DNA from: a virus
Direction: 5' to 3' (one strand)
Virus record (IMG/VR): IMGVR_UViG_3300049491_000955
Coordinates: 18,082-82,081 of that record
DNA length: 64,000 nt
Shown: piece after piece, positions 46,366-55,287 of the stretch
Layout: each line of letters opens with the position of its first letter
Position numbering within the stretch: position 1 is the first letter of the stretch
Made by a program: the position numbers and the translations under genes
Notes under the pieces: generated by a model
What the model was told of the DNA's origin: nothing
The model's input: only the letters and a program-made list of their open reading frames with translations
The model's database searches: none

Positions 46366-46623
46366 TTAAGGGGTGTCACCCCTCACAGTGTATGGAATTT
46401 TTTGTGATATGGAGCGAAGGTCGGGTTTATCTTCTTCGGTGAAAGAAGGCTTGCACTCAATTTCAAATTTTAATTCTACTTTTTTTATCAAAATACTTGC
46501 CAGATAAATAGCTTCATCGGCTAAGGCGTAAGGAGGAGTCTTTTTGTTTTTTGGACTGGCTACCAATCCTTGTAGAATTCTGCTGGCAACTTCTAAAAAT
46601 TGGCTCTGTGAATCTTGATTCAT
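46366..46623 (-). CDS. hypothetical protein
   Basis: A..ILQGLVA......A..A..LA..LI pattern common in small phage proteins. Confidence 0.6.
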   Translation of the reverse strand: MNQDSQSQFLEVASRILQGLVASPKNKKTPPYALADEAIYLASILIKKVELKFEIECKPSFTEEDKPDLRSISQKIPYTVRGDTP

Positions 46624-46743
46624 TGCAGATATGCTAGAATATTTTGATACCCAGTAAAGCAGGATCTGCTGATAACATTTCCTGCCTTGATTTCACTGGG
46701 ACTTACCTAACTAACAGGCAAGCATATTTATGTTAACAGTTCG
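46623..46743 (+). ncRNA. extended -10 promoter plus structured leader RNA (copy 2)
   Basis: TGcTAGAAT then GATACCCAGT..GCAGGA/TCCTGC..ACTGGG-ACTTACCT..AGGCAAG. Confidence 0.6.
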
Positions 46744-47482
46744 TTTGGAAACCATCAAGTATGGTGGTTGGGATTCTTTGGAAGTTGCCATTGATATCAA
46801 TCAGGTTGATGGCAAAACGTTGTATGTGACTTATCCGACTGCCGAGACTATTCTCAATTACAGAGAAAACTCCGTCAGGGAAAAAGTAGCATCTAAATCC
46901 TTCAAACTCTTTCTAGGAGAAGGTTTGCCGCTAGGGAAATTCTCTGGTTCTATTGTCAATAAGCTAGGTTTGTCAGGCGCTAGAGCAAAAGTCAATTTGA
47001 TTGAGCTGAGTGACTTGATCAAATTAGCAGCATGGGAAGCTAGTAACGGAAATACTGCAATCGCCAAACTACTTGCAATTGGGTTTGGTGATTCTTTGAG
47101 GTCGTTGGCTTATGAGCAGCTTGGCATTGAAATTACTGCTGAAGATCGTCAAAGTTGGATTAAATCTCGCTTTGTAGGTAAACAAACTCGTAGAACTTGG
47201 ACAGATGCAGTCAGTGATTACATTAATAATAACGAAGTTTCAGAGAACTACAGAACATGGGTCTACAAGCACGTTTCTGATTCAGTTAATGTGGCGTTGT
47301 TTGGAAAGAAAGCCAAGCAATTGTGTGAAGAAAGGAAGTGCGATCGCGATAGTTTGCGCGATACTCACGATGAAGCTAGCCTCAGGTTGATAGACAGAAT
47401 TGAGGACTACGCCATGCGATTGATTGATAGAGGTTTGGAGCCTAAGCAAGCGATCTTAGAAGCGATTGATTTCTACAAGTAG
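46730..47482 (+). CDS. antirepressor-like protein (shared C-terminal domain)
   Basis: C-terminal ~105 aa nearly identical to 47640. Confidence 0.8.
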   Translation: MLTVRLETIKYGGWDSLEVAIDINQVDGKTLYVTYPTAETILNYRENSVREKVASKSFKLFLGEGLPLGKFSGSIVNKLGLSGARAKVNLIELSDLIKLAAWEASNGNTAIAKLLAIGFGDSLRSLAYEQLGIEITAEDRQSWIKSRFVGKQTRRTWTDAVSDYINNNEVSENYRTWVYKHVSDSVNVALFGKKAKQLCEERKCDRDSLRDTHDEASLRLIDRIEDYAMRLIDRGLEPKQAILEAIDFYK

Positions 47483-47486
47483 CGAA

Positions 47487-47518
47487 CAAAAAGCCCGGTC
47501 AATTAACCGGGCTTTTTT
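47487..47518 (+). terminator. intrinsic terminator
   Basis: aaaaagcccggt-caatta-accgggcttttt. Confidence 0.8.
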
Positions 47519-47531
47519 AATCAATTTTTCT

Positions 47532-47653
47532 TTGCAGATATGTTAGAATATTTTGATACCCAGCAAGGCAGGATCTGCTGATAACATTTCCTGCCTTTGA
47601 TTTTACTAGGACTTACCTAACTAACAGGCAAGCATATTTATGTTAACAGTTCG
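47532..47653 (+). ncRNA. extended -10 promoter plus structured leader RNA (copy 3)
   Basis: Near-identical to 46623-46743, including the first codons MLTVR. Confidence 0.6.
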
Positions 47654-48389
47654 CAAGACCACTATCAATATTAGTGGCATCGAAATCGACGCTTATACCG
47701 CTGACGAACAGGACAAGCAAGGTAGACCAGTAAATTATTTATCAGGACAGGGAATAGCCTTGAGTATAAATTTACTCCACACTTCGACTGTGCAAAGTAG
47801 AATGTCTCAGGAGCTAAAAACTAGACTGGGAGCAGGTTTTTCTACTGTGCAAGGAAAGTGTAATACTACTGAGAACGCGAAGAATCTTGTATCAAAAATA
47901 TCTTTATGGACAGTTACCAATGCAATCAAGTATTGGCAGTACCATGGAAAACAAGGTAATACAAAAGCGCAAGATATTTTATCTGCCTTGGCAGAGACTG
48001 CGCTAGACATTGTTATTAATGACGCTTTTGGAAAGGATTACGAAAAAGGTCAAGCCCAAACTTGGACTAAATCTCGTTTTGCAGGCAAACAAACTCGTAG
48101 AACTTGGACTGATGCAGTCAGCGATTACATTAATAATAATGAAGTTTCAGAAAACTACAGAACGTGGGTCTACAAGCACGTTTCTGATTCAGTTAATGTG
48201 GCGTTGTTTGGGAAGAAAGCCAAGCAATTGTGTGAAGAAAGAAAGTGCGATCGCAATAGTTTGCGCGATACTCACGATGAAGTCAGCCTGAGGTTGATAG
48301 ACAGAATTGAGGATTACGCGATGCGATTGATTGATAGAGGACTGGAACCTAAACAGGCAATCGCAGAAGCAATTAATTTCTACAAGTAG
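47640..48389 (+). CDS. antirepressor-like protein (shared C-terminal domain)
   Basis: Divergent N-terminal domain; same KSRF.GKQTRRTWTDAV... C-terminus. Confidence 0.8.
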   Translation: MLTVRKTTINISGIEIDAYTADEQDKQGRPVNYLSGQGIALSINLLHTSTVQSRMSQELKTRLGAGFSTVQGKCNTTENAKNLVSKISLWTVTNAIKYWQYHGKQGNTKAQDILSALAETALDIVINDAFGKDYEKGQAQTWTKSRFAGKQTRRTWTDAVSDYINNNEVSENYRTWVYKHVSDSVNVALFGKKAKQLCEERKCDRNSLRDTHDEVSLRLIDRIEDYAMRLIDRGLEPKQAIAEAINFYK

Positions 48390-48427
48390 GTGACAAAAAA
48401 CCCGGCTTACACCGGGTTTTCTTTTTA

Positions 48428-48556
48428 TTAAATTTTGTCTAGTAAGATAGTTAGTTTATTTTTTGACAAAAAGCCTTTGAGTCTTCTTCGATGGTTTCTA
48501 CGCTGTCTTTTTTCAGACTGAACCAATCTTGTTTTTTGACTGTGCTGAAAGCTCAT
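48428..48556 (-). CDS. arginine-rich peptide (42 aa)
   Basis: Read by hand: MSFQHSQKTRLVQSEKRQRRNHRRRLKGFLSKNKLTILLDKI; aaggag RBS. Confidence 0.55.
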   Translation of the reverse strand: MSFQHSQKTRLVQSEKRQRRNHRRRLKGFLSKNKLTILLDKI

Positions 48557-48582
48557 TTTGTTTCTCCTTTTTAAGTTTTAAA

Positions 48583-48852
48583 TTAATTGCAAGCCTTTTT
48601 GTAAGTAGCTTGTTGATTGCTATCGCCAAATTTAACAACTGGCGCATAATCTTGACAGAGCTTAGCTTTGCTAACTCCTTTTGGAATAGAAGATTTACTA
48701 GGAGTTTTTAGGTAAGGTCTAACTTTAGTCAGGCTAGTTTTGTGTAGCAAGACTTCGTTGGCTAACTTGTGAGTGCTGTCGTGATAGATGGCGCGAGTTG
48801 TTAGCATTCCCATCCAGAAAAGTATTGCAGCTACAGTTAAGGTTGTTTTCAT
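48583..48852 (-). CDS. exported/membrane-anchored small protein
   Basis: Signal-peptide-like N-terminus. Confidence 0.6.
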   Translation of the reverse strand: MKTTLTVAAILFWMGMLTTRAIYHDSTHKLANEVLLHKTSLTKVRPYLKTPSKSSIPKGVSKAKLCQDYAPVVKFGDSNQQATYKKACN

Positions 48853-48881
48853 TTTGATTTTCCTTTGATTGCGAAAATAAA

Positions 48882-49289
48882 TTAAGGTACGTTTGAGGTT
48901 GCTTCTGCGTGAATAAATTCAGCTTCTTGACAGGCTGCTTCAATTAAATTTAGACTGCCTGCCGAATTAGCTTGGACAACTAAAGTTGTCTCGTAATTTG
49001 TTCTTACGATCCATATTTTTTTGTCGCAACTTAAATATCCAACTCTTAATGGTTTGTTTTCGATTCCATAAATAAAAGTAGTAACGCCGTTTTGTACGTC
49101 AACAACTCCACCATAATAAAATTTCTCTCCATTATTGCCAGTTCCTTTTACTTCGTGAAGATGTTCTTTTGGATTTGGATTGACTAAAGGATTGGCTTGA
49201 GCCGTATTGATGTTAATACATAAAGCGCTTATAACTGATAATGCAATCGCTCGTAACTTCATTTTTTTTGACTCCTGGCTGTTTTTCAC
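48882..49289 (-). CDS. secreted protein
   Basis: MKLRAIALSVISALCININTAQA signal peptide. Confidence 0.7.
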   Translation of the reverse strand: MKNSQESKKMKLRAIALSVISALCININTAQANPLVNPNPKEHLHEVKGTGNNGEKFYYGGVVDVQNGVTTFIYGIENKPLRVGYLSCDKKIWIVRTNYETTLVVQANSAGSLNLIEAACQEAEFIHAEATSNVP

Positions 49290-49302
49290 TCTTTTAATAT
49301 AA

Positions 49303-49679
49303 CACTACAGTATTACTATTGGCAACACTTATTTTAAAGAAAATGTATAATTTAAAAAAAGTTATTACAAAGAAAAAGCCCGGTTATTCAACCGGGCTTT
49401 TTTAATTTAACAGTTAAATTTATTCTTCTTCAACCAAGGACGTACTGTAAGGATCAATGTCTACGCTAATTTCTGCGCTGTCATGCTCAACTCTTAACCC
49501 ATCAAGAATTTTTTCTGTTAGCTTCAAAATTTCTTCTTCACTCATTTTGCTAACGTCAACATTAATTATTACTTCTAAACTTAAAGTAAAATTCTTGTAG
49601 TTTTTGTTTTCCACTTTTGGCTCTTCCCTTTTTTTCTTTGCTCTTTCACTATAGCACTACAGTATTACTATTGGCAACA
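49303..49679 (-). promoter_or_regulatory. duplicated 25-bp promoter core (49303-49327 and 49655-49679)
   Basis: Minus strand TGTTGCCAATAGTAATACTGTAGTG followed by TATA(G/T)T in both copies. Confidence 0.7.
49420..49614 (-). CDS. small acidic protein
   Basis: 64 aa; own promoter and terminator. Confidence 0.6.
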   Translation of the reverse strand: MENKNYKNFTLSLEVIINVDVSKMSEEEILKLTEKILDGLRVEHDSAEISVDIDPYSTSLVEEE

Positions 49680-49743
49680 TGAAAACAAAGAAAAGGTAAA
49701 AATTCTTGCAAGCTATAGTGAAGATAAATTAAAAGGGATTGCG

Positions 49744-50190
49744 ATGAGAAGGGCAATAGTAACAGCACTGGCTTTGAGCTTATGGTCTAGCTTGGTTGGA
49801 AGTGCGATAGCGTCAGATCAATCTTTCTTGGATACTTATCAGAGGTTGATAGATCCGCATCAAGCTTTAGTGGAAGGAAAAAGACTCTGTGAATTTAGCA
49901 AGCAGTCTGGCAGAAGTCTTGCAGAGATAGCATCTGTATACAATGACGCTAGGCTGTCTTTTGCTTACAAGGCGGGCAATATGAAGGCAGATAGCAGGCA
50001 GAATTACGAGAAGCTGATGGAGCGTGTAGAGGCTTATCAGACTCTTACAATTCCTGATGGGGAGACAACACGCTTTAGCTCTGCTAATATTGGCAACATT
50101 GAAGTACTTGCAATTCATGTTTGTCCTCAGCAGTCAGGCGTTTTTGAATACAGCAAAAATTTATGGAAAGTTATTTTCAAGTTTTACTAG
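49744..50190 (+). CDS. secreted protein
   Basis: Signal peptide; DQSFL...G..LC ... CP (DUF732-like spacing). Confidence 0.65.
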   Translation: MRRAIVTALALSLWSSLVGSAIASDQSFLDTYQRLIDPHQALVEGKRLCEFSKQSGRSLAEIASVYNDARLSFAYKAGNMKADSRQNYEKLMERVEAYQTLTIPDGETTRFSSANIGNIEVLAIHVCPQQSGVFEYSKNLWKVIFKFY

Positions 50191-50720
50191 GTCAAGCAGG
50201 GACAAAGGCTGTTATCGAAGTCTCTGATACGGTGGATCCGGTTCCTGTTATTTCAGTTCCCTCCCCAACATCTTTTATCAATTCTGGAATAACAGGTTTT
50301 ATTTTTGTTGTTTTGTTTTATTTTGTTAAGCCAGTTGCAGAAAACTTGATTTTGGCTTTTAGTGATAAGGCTAAGAAGAGAAAAGCGCAAGAGGATAAAA
50401 TTCTTGACTTTCAAGCTAAGCAGATTGAATCTTTGCAACAGCCGTTTGGTGAACAGCAACGATTTATGCAGCAGTTCATGCTGGATCAACAGAAGCAAAT
50501 GAATCAAGTTATTCAAGAGAAGAATAACCAGACTGACGAAGATTTCATTGAGGCTTTGAACCAACTTAGCAAAAGTTTCGTAAGTATTAGCCAAAGCATC
50601 CAACAGCAGACTGAGGATCTTAAGGCAACAATCAGGGAGATCAAAGAATGCTCTGATTTCCAAGCAATAAAAAAGTCTGATCAAGTAGGACTCAATCAGA
50701 CTGGTTTTTTGAATAAATAA
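50163..50720 (+). CDS. single-TM coiled-coil protein (possible holin-like)
   Basis: SGITGFIFVVLFYFV TM then Gln-rich coiled coil. Confidence 0.55.
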   Translation: MESYFQVLLGQAGTKAVIEVSDTVDPVPVISVPSPTSFINSGITGFIFVVLFYFVKPVAENLILAFSDKAKKRKAQEDKILDFQAKQIESLQQPFGEQQRFMQQFMLDQQKQMNQVIQEKNNQTDEDFIEALNQLSKSFVSISQSIQQQTEDLKATIREIKECSDFQAIKKSDQVGLNQTGFLNK

Positions 50721-50724
50721 AGGA

Positions 50725-51369
50725 TCAGGAGACTTTTTGTCTTGATTCTTGAGTACATTTGGCAGCATATAGAGCGACTAAAGCCGCATCGCACATGCCA
50801 ATAGTTAGCTCATTTTCTGAATTATTTTTACCCAAAGTAAATTCATGCAAGCAGGAATGATGCTTGTCAAACATTTGGTTTACTACTGAGATTACGCCCG
50901 GTTTAGGAACGCCTATTAGTTGAAAAGGACGTTTCCATTGTGCTGCCATAATTCCAGGCAATACATTAAATCCCATTAGCCTGAAAGCATTTATTAGTCC
51001 AAGGCTATTTGCACCAAAGCTAAAAGCAGATTTATTCCCTTGCCCGTAGCTAGCCACTCGCTCAATTGCCAAGTCCACTTGAGTAAAATCTACATCTACT
51101 TGAGTGTCTGAAATTCGATAATCCATTCCAGGGACAGTGTATGCCACTGCTGCAATCTCTTGTCTGATTTGCTTTTCAAGTGCAACTAAGTCTACTACTT
51201 TGTGCCCCCATTCAAGCTTCAAAGGGAAGTTGAACGCAAAAAGTAAAGTTTCACTTGGCTTGTAGATGCAAGCGATCGCACCTTTTTCGCCGGGGTCAAC
51301 GCCAATAATCAAAGAATTCATAAAATAAACGCCTGGCAAGCCAGGCGCGATAAGGTTAGTGTTAATCAA
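50725..51369 (-). CDS. RuvC-like Holliday junction resolvase
   Basis: IIGVDPG..GAIA, IERV....QG..SAFSFG, QWK, DAAL.A. Confidence 0.85.
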   Translation of the reverse strand: MINTNLIAPGLPGVYFMNSLIIGVDPGEKGAIACIYKPSETLLFAFNFPLKLEWGHKVVDLVALEKQIRQEIAAVAYTVPGMDYRISDTQVDVDFTQVDLAIERVASYGQGNKSAFSFGANSLGLINAFRLMGFNVLPGIMAAQWKRPFQLIGVPKPGVISVVNQMFDKHHSCLHEFTLGKNNSENELTIGMCDAALVALYAAKCTQESRQKVS

Positions 51370-51372
51370 GTG

Positions 51373-52539
51373 CTAGAAAGAATCAAAGTCTGGTGCTTCA
51401 CTATCGGGCATTGCCTGAATTACCAATTCTTTTTCTTTAGCAGCTTTTTTTGCTTTTCCAGATGCAACTGCGACGGGAACACTTTCTGGAGTATGAATTT
51501 CAGCAATTTCAACCTTAGAGAAATCAATCAAAGGTTCGGCTGATTTCAAGCTTTTGGTTGAATTTAATCTTGCACTTTCAATGTTAGCCGCTGGAATCAT
51601 TCCAGAGAATCTGTTGCGTAATTCTAAAGGAACTTCTTTGTCAAAGATTCTTCCGTGTACAACTTTCACAAAAGAATCACCTCGTTTGATCTCTTCTAAT
51701 TCTCGAATATATAAAGTACAAAAACCTATACGAGAAATGGTAGTGTTGTAAAGATCTAAGGATAATTGATTTCCAAAGTAGTCACCTCCTAGTTTACTTC
51801 CTAGTGCAATTTTTACAACTGTTCCATCAATGATGTAAAGAAGTACTGACTTCCATCGATTTGTTTTTCCATTTTCTGATTTAGAATCTTCAATAATCTC
51901 AAATCTATTGAAGGGGTATAATCCAGGCTGTAAGTCTCTAGCTAATGTGTATCCGGCTCCTTCGCGGAATTCCGCTACTTGAGAAATTGTTACGGGCGCT
52001 CCTGCGTCCATTTTAAAAAGAGCTACCAAATTTTCGTTATTAGCTTTTCCTTCACTGTTTTTTACTGCGTCTACTTTTAAAGCAAAACTTACTTGAGCCG
52101 CAAATCCTCCAGCATTTTTTGTTTCAGAAGGTAATGTAAATACGAAACTTGCTAGTTGATATTTTTCTTTAGAAACAGTTTCTATTGTTTGAACTTCGGC
52201 TCGGATCTCAAAGGTCGCTTGATGTTCCATCAAAGAAACAGGAACGTTGTCTATTTGAATTACGTATTCTCCTTCTTTTTGCCGAATAATAGGAGAAGAA
52301 CAAGCTCCGGCGATGTAATCTTCAAACTTATAGCTGACTAAGTTTGTTTCTCCTGGCAAGCCTAATAGCTTTGCAAATTTTACGCACTTGTAAAGAGCTA
52401 AATCTTTTATTTTGTTTTCTTCTGATCTGCTTAAAATTTCACTGCATTGATCAATAGACAATCCTTTCCAACCATTAGCGATTTCTTCTACATGTACAGA
52501 ATATTCGCTAAACGTATCAGAGGTAAATAAATCAGCCAT
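51373..52539 (-). CDS. hypothetical protein, possible ssDNA-binding protein
   Basis: Between resolvase and helicase; acidic-aromatic tail PDFDSF. Confidence 0.55.
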   Translation of the reverse strand: MADLFTSDTFSEYSVHVEEIANGWKGLSIDQCSEILSRSEENKIKDLALYKCVKFAKLLGLPGETNLVSYKFEDYIAGACSSPIIRQKEGEYVIQIDNVPVSLMEHQATFEIRAEVQTIETVSKEKYQLASFVFTLPSETKNAGGFAAQVSFALKVDAVKNSEGKANNENLVALFKMDAGAPVTISQVAEFREGAGYTLARDLQPGLYPFNRFEIIEDSKSENGKTNRWKSVLLYIIDGTVVKIALGSKLGGDYFGNQLSLDLYNTTISRIGFCTLYIRELEEIKRGDSFVKVVHGRIFDKEVPLELRNRFSGMIPAANIESARLNSTKSLKSAEPLIDFSKVEIAEIHTPESVPVAVASGKAKKAAKEKELVIQAMPDSEAPDFDSF

Positions 52540-52719
52540 TTCTGCTTGTCCTTGTTCTTCTCTTTTTTCTTGTAGTTAGTCGGGCTGTTTTCCGACCTCT
52601 TTATATTATCAATTCATTTTAGCTCTGTCAAGGGGGTATACAGAAAATACCACAAGAAATATATCTTGTGGTAAAAAGTGGTTAAATGATGTATTCAGAT
52701 TTATTGTATCGCAAGATGA

Positions 52720-54189
52720 TTAACAGAGGATAATTTTGTCGCTAGCTCTGCTAGTGGCCACATACCAAGAACGATTGCGAGTGTCAAAGTTTTTGATAGC
52801 TGCAATGTCATTGCCGGGAATAAAAACATTTCTGTAGGTAGAACCCTGGCAAGAGTATATTGTCAATCCATAAGCGACACGAGCATCATCAAAAAACTCA
52901 AGTAGTTGATAATAATATTTCCACCTGTTGTTGTTGCCTTCTTTCTTCGCCTGAATGGCTTCATCTTTTAGCTTATTACAATCTTCTTTCCATCGTTTCT
53001 TCACTTCTGGAGAGGGAATTTTAAGCCAGATAGTACCTTCCATGCCAATTACTTCAGTACAGACATTCCAGATTGGATAAGTGTAATCCTTTCCATTTAT
53101 GGAAACAGAATCAACAGATTCTCGACTTGAATATACTCTGCCTTCTGTAGCTGTTGGCAGAATGATACTTTTTACTATTTTTTGTTTTTTGTCATCCCAA
53201 ACTCGACGAGTGATAGGAGAAAGACAAACAACAGGTTCCCCCTCAATAAACGCTGTTGTTTTTGAAGCTATTCCAAACAAGCTTTCTCGAATATATTCAT
53301 TGATATTTTCAATTGTGTTGTGAAAAAAAGCTAATATTCTGATGTGATCCCATTCTCCCATTCTTTGTGCTGCTTTAAAAGCTGGAATTAAATATTTATT
53401 CCAGTCATCATTGCTCATCAGCCAAGTGCCTTTGGTCTTTCCTTGTTTTTTAATTAAGCTACTTTCTAGGCGAGGGTCAAACCTGTACTTACCTTTGATT
53501 ACAGCATTCATGCACTCTTCCACCAAACATGCACACGGGGAATTTTCACCCTGCCGCATATTTTCTGTAAGTTCAAATTTGTACTTTTGATTTATACTGT
53601 TGAATAATGGAGAGAAACTTTCTCCTACCGGGGGCAATTGGAATTTATCTCCAACAATTAGTAAAGAAACTTCTCCTACCGTTTGATGAAGTAATTGATT
53701 ACTAATTTCTTGATTTACCATTGAAGCTTCATCAACTACAATTAAGTCATAATCAGATATATTTAGTTCTCTCTCTGATTTTTTAAGCTTCTTTTTTCCT
53801 TCCTCCTCGTCTACTTGCAGCCCCAATAAACTATGTAAAGTTTTGTATTCTATGTTTTGAGAAAGCTTTGCTTTTTCTCCCATTTGTCTTGCCACTTTGA
53901 CTGCTTTGTTGGTTGGAGCAACTACTGCAATGTTTGGAGTGTACTCATGCTTTGTGATAAATCGCTTCAAAGCTTCTTGAAATACAGTAGTTTTTCCTCG
54001 TCCTGCTCCTCCCACTAGTCCACAAATTTTTGTGCCTGCGCCTAACCCTTCTTCTAATCCGTCGATTGCTGCTTGCTGTCCTTCATTAAAATTAATCTCC
54101 AAAGAAGGATACTGGATGCACTCTTCTGTCTTCTCAACTATTTCTTCTTTATAAATTTGTTGGATTTCGTCTAAATCGTAGTTACTCAT
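52720..54189 (-). CDS. Dda/RecD-like SF1B helicase
   Basis: GGAGRGKTT, APTNKA, VDEASMV, GDKFQLPPV, LTENMRQ, QGST, YVATSRA. Confidence 0.92.
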   Translation of the reverse strand: MSNYDLDEIQQIYKEEIVEKTEECIQYPSLEINFNEGQQAAIDGLEEGLGAGTKICGLVGGAGRGKTTVFQEALKRFITKHEYTPNIAVVAPTNKAVKVARQMGEKAKLSQNIEYKTLHSLLGLQVDEEEGKKKLKKSERELNISDYDLIVVDEASMVNQEISNQLLHQTVGEVSLLIVGDKFQLPPVGESFSPLFNSINQKYKFELTENMRQGENSPCACLVEECMNAVIKGKYRFDPRLESSLIKKQGKTKGTWLMSNDDWNKYLIPAFKAAQRMGEWDHIRILAFFHNTIENINEYIRESLFGIASKTTAFIEGEPVVCLSPITRRVWDDKKQKIVKSIILPTATEGRVYSSRESVDSVSINGKDYTYPIWNVCTEVIGMEGTIWLKIPSPEVKKRWKEDCNKLKDEAIQAKKEGNNNRWKYYYQLLEFFDDARVAYGLTIYSCQGSTYRNVFIPGNDIAAIKNFDTRNRSWYVATSRASDKIILC

Positions 54190-54296
54190 TTTTGCCCTTT
54201 GCCTTATGGCTAATTTATTTCCGAAGTCTCTTGACTCTCTCCAATATATCTATTACTATTGTCAATGTCAAGTACTTATACAGAGTTAACTTACAT

Positions 54297-55037
54297 ATGC
54301 AAGTATCTACAGATCAGTTAGCCAGCGCTTTGTCCGCAGTTCAGAAACAGCAGGCGGAATTAATGGCTGCCTTCTCTCTACTAAATAAGAAGCTGGAGAG
54401 AAAAAACTACTTTATGCCCACTCAGTCTGTCAAGACACCAGAGGAAGAGTACAAGGAGCGAGTATTTGGCAACGTAGAACTAATGAGAGAAGCGATCGCC
54501 TCTGGGCAATGGGAAGCAATAGAATCCTTGACTTCTGAATGGACAAAGGAATTCAAGGCAGCAGTTGCATCCCACCTGACTAAAGCAGAGTTATCGCTAG
54601 TTCGCCAAATAAAAGCCGCATACAGTCAGTACTTGGAACCCGCTGCCCAAGCTTACACTAAAGCTATGGAGGATTACCAGGCTGCAATCGCTAAACTCTC
54701 CTTACCAAGCTTTACTCCCACTGAATACATCCCCGAACAAATTCCCCTTCCTTCCGCCGGGCTTGCATATCAAAAATTAGAAAATGGTCTATCTCTACCA
54801 GTCCCTGCCCATGTAACTGCTCCCGTAGTTGTAGAGAAGCCTGTTGAAAAACTTTCGGAAGCTGTGCCAGAGCAATCGACTAAACCTGCATTCAAAGGAT
54901 GGGGTAAACCTCAGGTCACTATTGGCAAAGAAGTAGTTGATCGTTTGTCTTCGCCAGAGCCTGAAGAAACTATTGCCGAAAAAGAAGCGCGAGCTTCTAT
55001 AGAGCAATGGCAACCTGCTTGGCTTAAGCAAGCTTGA
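54297..55037 (+). CDS. hypothetical protein
   Basis: Likely start MQVSTDQL. Confidence 0.65.
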   Translation: MQVSTDQLASALSAVQKQQAELMAAFSLLNKKLERKNYFMPTQSVKTPEEEYKERVFGNVELMREAIASGQWEAIESLTSEWTKEFKAAVASHLTKAELSLVRQIKAAYSQYLEPAAQAYTKAMEDYQAAIAKLSLPSFTPTEYIPEQIPLPSAGLAYQKLENGLSLPVPAHVTAPVVVEKPVEKLSEAVPEQSTKPAFKGWGKPQVTIGKEVVDRLSSPEPEETIAEKEARASIEQWQPAWLKQA

Positions 55038-55044
55038 AATCTTA

Positions 55045-55073
55045 TTGACAAACGTGTTTCTAATGGCTATACT
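55045..55073 (+). promoter_or_regulatory. sigma70-type promoter
   Basis: TTGACA-N17-TATACT. Confidence 0.8.
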
Positions 55074-55095
55074 ATAGAAAATAAAGGCAGAAAAA

Positions 55096-55287
55096 ATGCA
55101 AAAAGAACAAAGAATTGATTACGACGGAGCAACAATTGTTATTGAAAAATACGCTTCTGGCTACGCATACAGCGTCGATAGTGCATTTGTTAGCGATATG
55201 GCTGGAAGATTCAAAACTGCTGAAGAAGCGATAGAAGCAGCAAAAAAAATGGTTGAGGAATCTCTTGTTCAGATTGATCCAACTTAA
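55096..55287 (+). CDS. hypothetical protein (EA.EAA small-protein family)
   Basis: FKTAEEAIEAAKKMVE. Confidence 0.65.
   Translation: MQKEQRIDYDGATIVIEKYASGYAYSVDSAFVSDMAGRFKTAEEAIEAAKKMVEESLVQIDPT

Noticed and set aside
46623-48389. Diversity-generating retroelement TR/VR pair
   Set aside because: Differences are mostly synonymous and not adenine-specific; no reverse transcriptase in the window
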